A DNA stretch of 64,000 bases from an uncultured Bacilli bacterium (GTDB lineage Bacteria > Bacillota_I > Bacilli_A > RF39 > UBA660): the NCBI GenBank assembly GCA_934096715.1, contig CAKOMQ010000002.1:24132-88131 (forward strand), read 5' to 3'. Both the position numbers and the translations under genes were made by a program. Shown here in pieces: positions 19,719-29,404 of the stretch. Position 1 is the stretch's first letter. Every line of letters starts with the position of its first letter. The notes below the pieces were generated by a model, which was not told where the DNA came from, did not search any database, and saw nothing but the letters and a program-made list of their open reading frames with translations.

Positions 19719-20756
19719 TTATTGATTAATATTTTTTTTAAATTGTTCCACTAATGCATCAAACATATTTGAACAAGCTTCTAAGAATGCATCTTTTTGA
19801 GCTTTTATCATTTCTTCATTTAATATACTTGATTGTTCCACTACTGGAGTATCAGTAACTACTTGTGTATCTTCTACTTGAGTTACTGGTTCAACTACAG
19901 GTGTTGGATCAACAACTGCTGGTGTAGGTTCTGCAACTGGTTCCATAGTAGGCATTGTAGGCATCTCAACTTGTGGAGTAGCCACAACTGGTTCTGGTGT
20001 TACCGGAGCCACTGGTTCAGTTATAACTGGTTCACTAACAGTAGGCATAACAGGCTCTACTACTGGTGTTTCTGGCATAACAGGTATTTGTGGACTAGCA
20101 GGTATTTCATTAACACTTGTATTAACTACTGGAGTTGGATTAACTATTTGATTCATATTTAAATCCATAGGCGCAACAACTTCAGGAGTTACACTAGGCA
20201 TAACAGGAGTTGCAGGCATTACTGGTTCAACTGCAGGTGCATCAATAACCGGTTCACTTACTGGTGTGATACTTGGCATAACAGGTTCTGCTTGTTTGGT
20301 TGTAGGTTCACTAGTAGGTACCACTACATCAGGCATAACACTAGTTTCTGTTGCAGTAGGTACTACTTCTTCAATAGGAGTTTCCATAGTTTGAGTACTT
20401 GCTACTTCTACTGGTTGATAAGCATTCTTTAAAGCATCAAAAGACGGAACAGGTAAAGTAAGTTGAGTATAATAAATATCATCAGCATTTATACTTTCAC
20501 CAACACTTATGTAATCTAATTTATTACCTGCGATAATTTGTTTTAAACTCTCTTTTACTTGAGTCCACTCATTTTGATCAGAAATTTTAGTTAACTTATT
20601 ACCTACTAATTTACAAACTAAAATAATAGGAAGTCCCATTGATCCATTCATTTCATTATCTAAGATTAAATAATTATTATCTCCACTTTTAAACGCATTT
20701 ATTAAAGGCTTCTCTAAACTAACTCCAGAAGCTAAATTAATTTTTATTTTACTCAT
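19719..20756 (-). CDS. Hypothetical protein with a ~100-aa N-terminal domain, a ~200-aa Pro/Val/Glu/Thr-rich low-complexity linker (PVMP/EPV repeats) and a short C-terminal amphipathic tail
   Basis: Compositionally biased imperfect repeats visible in protein and DNA (about 19830-20340). Confidence 0.5.
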   Translation of the reverse strand: MSKIKINLASGVSLEKPLINAFKSGDNNYLILDNEMNGSMGLPIILVCKLVGNKLTKISDQNEWTQVKESLKQIIAGNKLDYISVGESINADDIYYTQLTLPVPSFDALKNAYQPVEVASTQTMETPIEEVVPTATETSVMPDVVVPTSEPTTKQAEPVMPSITPVSEPVIDAPAVEPVMPATPVMPSVTPEVVAPMDLNMNQIVNPTPVVNTSVNEIPASPQIPVMPETPVVEPVMPTVSEPVITEPVAPVTPEPVVATPQVEMPTMPTMEPVAEPTPAVVDPTPVVEPVTQVEDTQVVTDTPVVEQSSILNEEMIKAQKDAFLEACSNMFDALVEQFKKNINQ

Positions 20757-20801
20757 ATTATCTATTCCCTTCTTATTCTACAAAAAATTATAACAAAATT
20801 A

Positions 20802-21083
20802 TTATTTATTTTCAAGTTTTTCTAATATAAAATATTTACACCCATAAGCACAATTATTTTTTATATAACTATCAACCTTATTATAATCATTAATCTCTTT
20901 ATAAAATTTATTATTCTTTTTATTAAAACCTTTTAATCTAAGCTTGTTATAAGCCCAATCACCAACAATGTAATCATAACAGTCAAAATAATCAGTCATC
21001 ATTTCTTCAAGCATACTTATATCTATAGTTTTATCTTCATCTTTTATTACTTTATATTTTTTATTTTTTATTTCTATTATCAT
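20802..21083 (-). CDS. YutD-like (DUF1027) small protein
   Basis: DYIVGDWAYNKLRLKGF motif resembling Bacillus YutD. Confidence 0.5.
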   Translation of the reverse strand: MIIEIKNKKYKVIKDEDKTIDISMLEEMMTDYFDCYDYIVGDWAYNKLRLKGFNKKNNKFYKEINDYNKVDSYIKNNCAYGCKYFILEKLENK

Positions 21084-21094
21084 TTTTCTTCCCC

Positions 21095-21916
21095 CTAAAC
21101 AATAACACTTACAAATATAGTTATAATCATTATTGTAGTAACAATCACACTCATAATAAGTAAGATATCTACATAACCATTACCAGTAGTTACTTTATTT
21201 CTTTCGTATAATAATTTCTTAATTTCATTATCTAATAAATACTTCTTATTCATCGTATTATCATCTATATTAAAATATGAATATATTTCTTTATTAACTT
21301 CTTTAACTTCATCATTATTCATTTTACTAATATCAGCTAATTTAAAGTTAAATAACTTATAAATATTTAAATCAAGTAATTCTTTATTTTCTTGCTTTAT
21401 TATAGGTACTGCTTTATTTATTTCTTCTTGATAATACTTAGCAACTTCATATATATCAACACTATTTAAATAATTAAAGGATTGTCTTAAAGGATCACTT
21501 GTAACGGGTGTATAAAGTAAATCAAAGAATTCTTTATAATCACTATCTACTAAGTTACCATCTTGTTTTTTTAAAACAAATAAATCTATCATTAATTTTT
21601 GTAATAATATAAAATAACTATTCTTACCCTTTCCTGTTTCTCCACTCTTTTCTATATTAGAATACATATCAAACATAAAAAACAAATTATCTACTTGATT
21701 ATCATTAGCACCATATTTTTTCAAATTATCTTTTATAGCCATTTCATTTAAAGAATAATAAGGATTTAAGATATCTAATTCTCCATAAATATTAACAAGC
21801 ATACGAACCATAACAACTAAAAATGAATTATATTCTTTACTCCATGGTTCACTTTTTTTTAATATATAAGTTTTTATTGCGTTATCAAATGGTTCATTTA
21901 TAAATGCACTTGTCAT
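21095..21916 (-). CDS. Hypothetical protein with C-terminal TM helix
   Basis: ORF. C-terminal hydrophobic stretch. Confidence 0.4.
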   Translation of the reverse strand: MTSAFINEPFDNAIKTYILKKSEPWSKEYNSFLVVMVRMLVNIYGELDILNPYYSLNEMAIKDNLKKYGANDNQVDNLFFMFDMYSNIEKSGETGKGKNSYFILLQKLMIDLFVLKKQDGNLVDSDYKEFFDLLYTPVTSDPLRQSFNYLNSVDIYEVAKYYQEEINKAVPIIKQENKELLDLNIYKLFNFKLADISKMNNDEVKEVNKEIYSYFNIDDNTMNKKYLLDNEIKKLLYERNKVTTGNGYVDILLIMSVIVTTIMIITIFVSVIV

Positions 21917-21964
21917 ATCTTCACCCTATTCTATATTACAATTATATCAGAAATATCCTTATTT

Positions 21965-22699
21965 TCAAGTATTCTTCTTTAAAATATTACTATTACTTTC
22001 TAGACCATTTGGATAAAATTCAGGTACTCTACCATTTACAACAATTGCATTAATTAAAATATCATAATCAATTGTATCAATCTTTTTAACTACAGGAGTA
22101 GTTATTTGTTCATTTATTTTAACAGTAACATATATTTCTAAAAGAGCATTATTAAATCCATACTCTGTAACTTTAGTTTTTATATTAGTAAGTAAAGATC
22201 CCGTAAAATGAAAATAAACAGGTATTTTAGGACCCCAACTAGCAATAAACATATTATCACTACCAAAAAATACAGGTACTAATAAGTATTGTCCATACTT
22301 ATCATGTTTTAAATAATAATCATCTACTTCTATATCTAATTTACCATTCTCAAATTCATTAATAGCACTCTTTAGTATTTCAGATATGTTAGTTAATAAT
22401 TTATAAGTATTCTCCATATCATAATCAACACTTATTATTTCATTATCACTATTTTTTACAACTTTAAATATATCTTTAGTACTATTTTTATTTATAACAT
22501 CATCCGTTATTAAATCTGAAAAAAACTGATAAGTAACCTTTTCTATTTTATGATGAGTAAGAGACAATAACTTTTGAGTATTCTTTTTACCATAATAATT
22601 AAATAATATAGTAGAAAATACACCTGAAGCCAAAAAAACAATTACTAACATCTTAGCAATTGTTTTTTTATTATATTTTTTACTCTTAAACTTTCTCAT
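21965..22699 (-). CDS. Membrane-anchored protein, possibly YunB-like sporulation protein
   Basis: N-terminal TM. Size and architecture similar to YunB. Weak. Confidence 0.35.
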   Translation of the reverse strand: MRKFKSKKYNKKTIAKMLVIVFLASGVFSTILFNYYGKKNTQKLLSLTHHKIEKVTYQFFSDLITDDVINKNSTKDIFKVVKNSDNEIISVDYDMENTYKLLTNISEILKSAINEFENGKLDIEVDDYYLKHDKYGQYLLVPVFFGSDNMFIASWGPKIPVYFHFTGSLLTNIKTKVTEYGFNNALLEIYVTVKINEQITTPVVKKIDTIDYDILINAIVVNGRVPEFYPNGLESNSNILKKNT

Positions 22700-22717
22700 A
22701 TAAAACTATATGAATAA

Positions 22718-23521
22718 TTAAAAGAAAATAGATTTAACTAACACATAAATTCCAAATATAAACGCTACTATTATAAGTCCAATTAATATCTTTATTGGTA
22801 AACTCATCTTATCATTTACATCTATAAAGTCATCACTTAATATTTCATTACTTGTCGTATAGAAAGATTTTTCTAATTCTTCGGCTGTTTCACTAACATC
22901 ACTAGTTTCATCAATAATTGCGTTATGATCGATTTCTTCTTCTATTTCCACATCTTCCTTCATAGCCCCTAGAACTTCTGTATCATCATCACCTTTTAAG
23001 TCAAGTAAATCAAAATCATCTTCGATCTTATTACTAGCGTTTTTCAATTGTTTTTCATTTAAAGCAATTGTATTTATAAGTTCTGCTAAATTATCTTCCG
23101 GAGTAGATACTTCTTCTTTCTCTTTATTAACATCTATATTTTTTAAAATATCATATTGAGTATCTCTTATCTTTTTTAATCTTTCTTCTTGATAATCTAC
23201 TGTCTTTTCTTCACGAGCTTTTTCTAATACTGCATTAATATCATATTCTTTAGTATCTTCTCTTTCTACTACTTCTTCTTCAACTTCTTCAATATTAATA
23301 CTTTTTCTTTTAGGAGTTTCATTATATTTAGTATCAAGAATTTTCTTTATTTTTTCTATATCAATTTCTGGTTTAGAATCACCTAGAACAGTTGCGTTAC
23401 TTTTAATACTATAATTTTCTAATTCACTTTTACTTATATCTTTATATAATTCTTGATTTCTAGTAGTTCTAGTTACCAAATTTTCCGGTTCTTCATAATA
23501 TTTATTCATTCTTGATCCCAT
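22718..23521 (-). CDS. Acidic (Glu/Asp-rich) protein with C-terminal TM anchor
   Basis: ORF. C-terminal LIGLIIVAFIFGIYVLV. Confidence 0.4.
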   Translation of the reverse strand: MGSRMNKYYEEPENLVTRTTRNQELYKDISKSELENYSIKSNATVLGDSKPEIDIEKIKKILDTKYNETPKRKSINIEEVEEEVVEREDTKEYDINAVLEKAREEKTVDYQEERLKKIRDTQYDILKNIDVNKEKEEVSTPEDNLAELINTIALNEKQLKNASNKIEDDFDLLDLKGDDDTEVLGAMKEDVEIEEEIDHNAIIDETSDVSETAEELEKSFYTTSNEILSDDFIDVNDKMSLPIKILIGLIIVAFIFGIYVLVKSIFF

Positions 23522-23643
23522 GTACTAACACCTCGTATATATCATATCATATTCTATTTTGAATTTAAAATACTTTTAACAAGTATTTACTTTATCTAGA
23601 CACATTCTAAATAATTTTATATAATCATAAGTAGGAGGAATGT

Positions 23644-23898
23644 ATGAAAAAATTATATGTAAATGAAGATGCTTGTATAGGTTGTGGAGCATGTGTATCA
23701 ATAGACCCTGAACATTTTGATTTTAATGATGAAGGTTTAAGCAACATTATAAGCAATGAAAATATTGAAAGTGAAGATGTAGTAAACGCTATCGAATCTT
23801 GCCCTACAAATGCTATTAAGTATGTAGAAAGCGAAAAAGAAGAATGTGAATGTGATAACTCATGTAGTGGATGTTCTTCTTGTGATTGTCACGAATAA
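23644..23898 (+). CDS. 4Fe-4S ferredoxin with a Cys-rich C-terminal tail (CECDNSCSGCSSCDCHE)
   Basis: CIGCGACxxxxP...CP ferredoxin motif. RBS GGAGGAA upstream of ATG. Confidence 0.7.
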   Translation: MKKLYVNEDACIGCGACVSIDPEHFDFNDEGLSNIISNENIESEDVVNAIESCPTNAIKYVESEKEECECDNSCSGCSSCDCHE

Positions 23899-23963
23899 AA
23901 AATAGTTTTAAAAGCAACTAACCCTAGTTGTTTTTTTGTTATTTAAAAAAGCAGCTAGTACAA

Positions 23964-24356
23964 CTAGTTGCCTTCATCATAATTCCAAATACCTAATTTT
24001 CCTTTACATTCTATTGGATTAATAATTTCAATATCATCTAAAATCCAAGCATAATTACCAACTTCAAATCTTCCACACACTAATTCATCTTCACCTACAC
24101 TTTTTATATATTCAGGTGTCATTTCTACAACATCTACTAAATTACACTTACAAATAATCTTTCCATAACTAGGGCTAATACCAGCATATAAATTCATAAG
24201 CTTCTTATTATTTAAAATATCTTTACTCATTTTACTAATACCAGCATGAATATATATTTCTCCCCTATAATTAGTTTTCCAAGTTCTAGTTTCTACTTTT
24301 TTAATACCATGAAGTATTAAAGAAGCATAAGGCTCTCTTATAGTTAATACTTTCAT
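23964..24356 (-). CDS. ASCH/PUA-like domain protein
   Basis: N-terminal MKVLTIREPYASLILHGIKKVETRTW pattern typical of the ASCH domain. Confidence 0.6.
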   Translation of the reverse strand: MKVLTIREPYASLILHGIKKVETRTWKTNYRGEIYIHAGISKMSKDILNNKKLMNLYAGISPSYGKIICKCNLVDVVEMTPEYIKSVGEDELVCGRFEVGNYAWILDDIEIINPIECKGKLGIWNYDEGN

Positions 24357-25021
24357 ATTTTCTTAATTAGTATATGAAAGTGGTATGATGAACATTCTTT
24401 ATTATTACTAATAAAATAATCTTGTATATGTCTTACATCTATTATTTCAAAATCTTTAAACAATTCTTTTATCAAACTATAATCTGCATAAAAATGTGGA
24501 ACTTTATATTCTGGTCCTTCTTCCATTTTAAGAAGAGTATTTTCATCTATTTTTGGCCAATCTTGTTTATATCCCCAAGTTTTCTTACTACATAAAGTAA
24601 TAAACGCTTCACCATCATGTTTTAATACTCTCTTAATTTCTTGAATAGCTTTCTTTACTCCATTAGTATCTGTATGAGATATAACATTATAACAAATAAT
24701 TGACTCGATAGATTCATCATCATAAGGTAAATCAAGCATATCCCCTATTTTAAAATCTATGTTATTTAAGTTTAATTCTTCTGCCCATTTTTTAGTTTCA
24801 CCTATTCCAGCTTCACTTATATCAAAAGAATAAACATAAAAATTATTAAGAGCAAACAAGATTGAGTGCCTTCCAACTCCACATCCTAAATCCAATATAT
24901 TCTTCTTATTTTGATTAATCCATCTATTTAATAAATAATAACTATCTATACTAGGTATTTTCCAAAAATTATCACTTACTATATTCCAATTCCATCCTTT
25001 TGACTCAGTCATTTTTTTCAA
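24353..25021 (-). CDS. Class I SAM-dependent methyltransferase
   Basis: Motif I ILDLGCGVGRHS. Confidence 0.75.
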   Translation of the reverse strand: MKKMTESKGWNWNIVSDNFWKIPSIDSYYLLNRWINQNKKNILDLGCGVGRHSILFALNNFYVYSFDISEAGIGETKKWAEELNLNNIDFKIGDMLDLPYDDESIESIICYNVISHTDTNGVKKAIQEIKRVLKHDGEAFITLCSKKTWGYKQDWPKIDENTLLKMEEGPEYKVPHFYADYSLIKELFKDFEIIDVRHIQDYFISNNKECSSYHFHILIKKI

Positions 25022-26366
25022 TAAAGCCTTTCAAATATTCATTAATTTCATCAATATATTTTTTTCTCATTACATCTAATATATTATTAGCAATACTCAC
25101 TGATACATCTCTTTCACTTTTATTAGTAGTATCAACAAACACAATATTAATATCATTATTACCTAAGTTATTCTTACATTCTAATAAAGATACATTATAT
25201 TCATTAACATTTTCTTCATTTAAGAATCTTCTTCTTTCTAAAGACAAATTATTATGATACTCCCTTTTTATGCTAGTAAGTGGATCAGTATAGGTAGCAA
25301 CCACTACATCAATATTATCTTTTATAATAGGTGTATATTTATCTAAGAATTCCTTATAATCTTTTTTCTTTATACCTTTCTTTTTATATAATCTATCCAT
25401 CCAAATAACCCTATCAAATAAACATCTATCTACAATCAAAATATCTTTATTATCTTTTAAATTCTTTTTTAAATCTTTTAATACATGTTCAGGAATTATT
25501 TTGTTGATTTCTTCTTTACTTAAATCTTTTATACTAGGATATAATTCATTCTTATAATAATCACTTGTTGTAAATTCTTCAATTATACCTATAGTATAGC
25601 CACCATTTTTAAAGAAATCTTTTAAACTATTTATAAGTGTTGTTTTACCTGTTCTAGGAGTCCCAGTAAATTCAATAACAAAAGTATTTAAATCAAAGTT
25701 ATTTTTAAGTTTCATTAACTCTTTCTTCTTATAATGAAGTTTTTTTAATTCCTTTAATTCGTCTCTTTTATCTTCAAATATAATATCTTCTAAATATTCA
25801 TCATAACTATTATTAAATATACTATCTATTAATTCTTTTAATCTAAGAAACATTGGATGAATATTTTCTTCATTATATATTAAACTTTCATAAATATTTT
25901 CATAATACCATTTTTGTTTATCATATCCCCTATTAAATGAAGAAAAATCATAATAATCTACTTTTCCAATGCATATTTGTAAATCTTCTAAGTTACTTAT
26001 TTTATCTGCTGCCACTATTGCTTTATGTCTAATATCTAATTCTTTTACTTCTTCAATAGTTCTTCTTTTTCTTTCTTCCCATTCTAAACTCTTATCTTTT
26101 TCGCTATCTCCAAGTACTAAAGATAATACATCATCTCCAAAAGATTCTTTAATATCATGACTATCAAAATCTGTATCTTCGATAACGTCATGTAAATATC
26201 CTGCAGCCACTACATTATCATCAAATCCATAAGATTCTAATATACCCGCAACATCTATTGGATGCACTATCATTGGTTTATCTTTATCACTTTTTCTTAA
26301 TTGCCCATAATGAGCTTTGATAGCAAATTCACGGGCTTGCTTCTTTATATTCATAACTAACACCAC
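25005..26366 (-). CDS. Fusion of an N-terminal RelA/SpoT-type HD [(p)ppGpp-hydrolase-like] domain with a C-terminal P-loop nucleoside/nucleotide-kinase-like domain
   Basis: HD signature FAIKAHYGQLRKSDKDKPMIVHPIDVAGIL...AAGYLHDVIEDT. P-loop FTGTPRTGKTTL plus DRCLFDR (dNK/TMPK-like). Confidence 0.65.
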   Translation of the reverse strand: MVLVMNIKKQAREFAIKAHYGQLRKSDKDKPMIVHPIDVAGILESYGFDDNVVAAGYLHDVIEDTDFDSHDIKESFGDDVLSLVLGDSEKDKSLEWEERKRRTIEEVKELDIRHKAIVAADKISNLEDLQICIGKVDYYDFSSFNRGYDKQKWYYENIYESLIYNEENIHPMFLRLKELIDSIFNNSYDEYLEDIIFEDKRDELKELKKLHYKKKELMKLKNNFDLNTFVIEFTGTPRTGKTTLINSLKDFFKNGGYTIGIIEEFTTSDYYKNELYPSIKDLSKEEINKIIPEHVLKDLKKNLKDNKDILIVDRCLFDRVIWMDRLYKKKGIKKKDYKEFLDKYTPIIKDNIDVVVATYTDPLTSIKREYHNNLSLERRRFLNEENVNEYNVSLLECKNNLGNNDINIVFVDTTNKSERDVSVSIANNILDVMRKKYIDEINEYLKGFIEKND

Positions 26367-26438
26367 CTTACAAATAGATTATATCATAATCACATTTTTT
26401 TAGATATTATTTTCATTAATTATATTTACTATGCAAAA

Positions 26439-26466
26439 AAGTTATTCCAGTACACTGGAATAACTT
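26439..26466. promoter_or_regulatory. Perfect 13-bp inverted repeat AAGTTATTCCAGT-AC-ACTGGAATAACTT, 70 nt upstream of the HD-kinase gene start. Candidate operator.
   Basis: Read directly. Arms are exact reverse complements. Confidence 0.5.
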
Positions 26467-26837
26467 TCAGACTGTTGACAAAAAAGCATGTTCAAAATAT
26501 TTTTAGTAATTACTAACACGAAAAAAAGGAACAGCGTTCCCTTTTCTCCCCATAACAAAATGGGCATTTCATTACATATTTATAATATCAGGTTTAATGA
26601 TCATTGTAAACATATTCGAAATTATTTTTTAAATTTTATTAATCAGCTTTTTAAAACAAAAACAAGTTAGACGCATCCAACTTGCTTAGGTGTAGTCCGA
26701 AGACATTCACCGCAATTCATATTTATGAATACACCATGATAATATTATTTGCAATATATGATTATTTACAAAATATAACATGTTTAATTGTTAATAGATA
26801 TGTTATAATTATGTAAAATAGATTGGAGATTATTAAC

Positions 26838-27413
26838 ATGTTTGTTAAAAATAAAATTATTGATGAAAATAAAATCAGAGAAACAATAGAGAGCAAAAAT
26901 CAAATAACAGAAGAATCATTAAGAAAAGATTGGCAAGATGTTCGTAAAATGAGCAAAGAAATCGATAATTTAAAAGCTGGAGATGATGATTTTAATTTTT
27001 ATGAAATGTATGAAATTACTTTTAGTGCTATTTTGCTTAGTTTAACTTTAGATGAATTAGAATACATAAATGAAAACAATTTGTTTGGATTTGATGAATA
27101 TAATATACTGGATTATAGATGTAAAATGAATCTAGAAAGAAAAATTAATTATTATAAACAAATTCTTTTTGACTTAACTAATTGTATGCAACAAGGAGAT
27201 TTAGGCAGTTATTTTAGTAAATGTGGAGATTTATTTCACATGAGTGCTGTAGGATTAGGGATCACAACTTTTTTAGGATTAAACAGAAACGATGCTGAAC
27301 TTACTCCAGAAGGAGAAAAATTAAAAACTTGTATAGAAAATATTAAACAATTACATAAGAATGAAATTAAACAAAAAATTGCAGCATCTAATTGTGGACA
27401 ATCTACAAGATAA
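26838..27413 (+). CDS. Hypothetical protein (about 191 aa)
   Basis: ATG 26838 with RBS TGGAG. Extended -10 TGTTATAAT upstream. Hairpin/T-run terminator downstream (about 27440-27500). Confidence 0.5.
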   Translation: MFVKNKIIDENKIRETIESKNQITEESLRKDWQDVRKMSKEIDNLKAGDDDFNFYEMYEITFSAILLSLTLDELEYINENNLFGFDEYNILDYRCKMNLERKINYYKQILFDLTNCMQQGDLGSYFSKCGDLFHMSAVGLGITTFLGLNRNDAELTPEGEKLKTCIENIKQLHKNEIKQKIAASNCGQSTR

Positions 27414-27555
27414 AAAAATATTATCATAATAAAAGCCATAACATATTTTACTCACTTACGAGTAAAAGAAAAAATAGGCTTTTATTTTTTTAATATCATA
27501 CAAATTTTGAATAGATATTTAAAAAACGAACCCTAATAGTTCGTCATTATCAATT

Positions 27556-27641
27556 TGGTACCTGTGGTCGGACTCGAACCGACATGGTTAAAAACCGCTG
27601 GATTTTGAGTCCAGTGCGTCTACCAATTCCGCCACACAGGC
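27556..27641 (-). tRNA. tRNA-Leu (anticodon CAA), type II, CCA encoded
   Basis: Reverse complement gives GCCTGTGTGGCGGAATTGGTAGACGC...CTCAAAA...long variable arm...TCGAGTCCGACCACAGGTACCA. Confidence 0.85.
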
Positions 27642-27672
27642 ATCACTACTTAATTATACCTTAATTTATCAA

Positions 27673-28500
27673 TTAAAACAAGATAAGTAGCTTGCCAAAT
27701 TTATCATATAAAGAAATTCTTTCGTTATCATACATAAATAATCTATATTTAGAATAACTTTCTAGTTTAACACCATTCTTTACCATCTTTAGTAATTCTA
27801 AATCACAGTTAATAACTTCAATATTCAAAACATCTTCTAAATCTAAGAGTTCATAATTACCACAATTTATATCTTCTAGAGTATAACTATTCTCTATAAA
27901 GAAGTTACCCTGTTTAGTACGTACTAAACTACTCATTGTACCTAAGACACCTAACTTATTACAAATATCCTTTATAAGACTTCTAATATAAGTACCTTTA
28001 CTAACAACACATCTAAACTTAATTTCATCATTCTTATACTCAATTAACTCTATTTCTTTTATATCTACTTCTCTTTTTGGAAGATCAACTTCTATATTAT
28101 TTCGAGCATATTCATATAATCTTTTGCCATTAACATGTATAGCACTATAAATTGGAACCTCTTGAATACTTTTACCTAGAAATGTCTTTATAGTGTCATC
28201 TATAAAAGAAGTTTCTAATACTTTAGGACACTCACTCTTTAATACATTACCAGTAATATCAATAGTGTCTGTTTCAATACCAAGTTTAATTGTAGCAACA
28301 TATTCTTTATATTCACTAGTAATTATATCAACTAACTTAGTATATTTATTAATACACACAACAAGTACACCAGTAGCAAGTGGATCTAAAGTACCAGTAT
28401 GTCCTATTCTTTTAGTGCCAAAAAGAGATGTCAATTTATTAACAACATCTCTACTTGTCATATTAATATCTTTATTTACTACTAAAATTCCATTTTTCAT
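27673..28500 (-). CDS. truB: tRNA pseudouridine(55) synthase
   Basis: GHTGTLDPLATGVL catalytic-Asp motif. Position in the nusA-infB-rbfA operon. Confidence 0.85.
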   Translation of the reverse strand: MKNGILVVNKDINMTSRDVVNKLTSLFGTKRIGHTGTLDPLATGVLVVCINKYTKLVDIITSEYKEYVATIKLGIETDTIDITGNVLKSECPKVLETSFIDDTIKTFLGKSIQEVPIYSAIHVNGKRLYEYARNNIEVDLPKREVDIKEIELIEYKNDEIKFRCVVSKGTYIRSLIKDICNKLGVLGTMSSLVRTKQGNFFIENSYTLEDINCGNYELLDLEDVLNIEVINCDLELLKMVKNGVKLESYSKYRLFMYDNERISLYDKFGKLLILF

Positions 28501-28501
28501 A

Positions 28502-29038
28502 CTACTTCTTTGTAATTAAGAAAGTTCTAGTCAAATTATATTGTCCATTACCTTCATCTAGTTCAACTTTAAATTCATTACTTGTTAAAATATTTTTTAA
28601 ATCTATTTCCTTATTGGGAATTTCTATATATACTTTTTTCTCATAAGTACTTTCTAAATATTTAACAAATTCATTATATAAATAATATTGTTCTTCTAAA
28701 GAATAGATACTTTTAAAGATAATATCTGGAACTAATAAATCTTCTCCTTTTATGTATACCCTAGAAACACCTAATAAAATATTATTACTAAATATTCCAA
28801 ATAGTAAACATTCCCCATTATCTATATCTTTTATTGCTTTATTAGACATTTGAAAATTCTTACTATCTCCTGCTAGAATATCATATTTTCTTACATCATC
28901 TTTCATATTACTTGCCATAACATCAGCAAGACCTAGTCCATATATCTCAATAAATTTATTATAATAAGCATCATATAGATCAAAATCTATTGTAGTTGCT
29001 TCTTGTAACCCTATTACTTTAAAATTAATATTTTCCAT
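28502..29038 (-). CDS. Hypothetical protein (178 aa) inserted between rbfA and truB
   Basis: ORF only. Tightly packed in the operon. Confidence 0.45.
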   Translation of the reverse strand: MENINFKVIGLQEATTIDFDLYDAYYNKFIEIYGLGLADVMASNMKDDVRKYDILAGDSKNFQMSNKAIKDIDNGECLLFGIFSNNILLGVSRVYIKGEDLLVPDIIFKSIYSLEEQYYLYNEFVKYLESTYEKKVYIEIPNKEIDLKNILTSNEFKVELDEGNGQYNLTRTFLITKK

Positions 29039-29041
29039 AAC

Positions 29042-29404
29042 CTACTCCTGATTTATTTTTTTTATTATTTTTTCAATATTATCAGCATATTCAATGGATG
29101 TATCATAAATAAACTTTAATTCTGGTATATTTCTTACATCTAATACCTTAGCTAATTCTTTTCTTAAGAAAGGTGCAGCTTCATTTACTTCACGCTCTAT
29201 ATCTTTATGTTCCATATTTAATAGTGAAGTAAAATAAACTTTAGCATAACTTAAATCTTTAGAAACTTTGGTATCTATAATAGTTATATTCTTAAGTAAT
29301 TCATCATTAGTATCTACAAGTAATATACTACTTAAATATTTATTTATATCTGATGCTATTCTTTCTACTTTATGACTAGGCATTTTTAACCTCGACAAGT
29401 TCAA
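29042..29404 (-). CDS. rbfA: Ribosome-binding factor A
   Basis: Size, position after infB, RbfA-like sequence. Confidence 0.8.
   Translation of the reverse strand: MNLSRLKMPSHKVERIASDINKYLSSILLVDTNDELLKNITIIDTKVSKDLSYAKVYFTSLLNMEHKDIEREVNEAAPFLRKELAKVLDVRNIPELKFIYDTSIEYADNIEKIIKKINQE

Noticed and set aside
19833-20162. 109-aa Trp/Cys/Asn-rich ORF
   Set aside because: Antisense to the Pro-rich repeat region of the 19719..20756 gene. Composition is a mirror artefact of the repeat.
25000-25257. Several other short ORFs from the track (25000..25257, 25969..26160, 27236..27439, 28193..28519, 30579..30875, 31431..31667, 32702..32986, 34365..34550, 35162..35365, 37285..37467, 40161..40376, 48390..48611, 49071..49397, 53178..53459, 59852..60148, 62439..62648)
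   Set aside because: All lie antisense or out of frame inside well-supported longer genes, lack RBS, and have the skewed composition typical of AT-rich mirror frames.
26488-26670. 60-aa ORF in the 26366-26820 intergenic region
   Set aside because: No RBS. Low-complexity. The region is better explained as a promoter/operator region (13-bp palindrome, small hairpins) between divergent genes.
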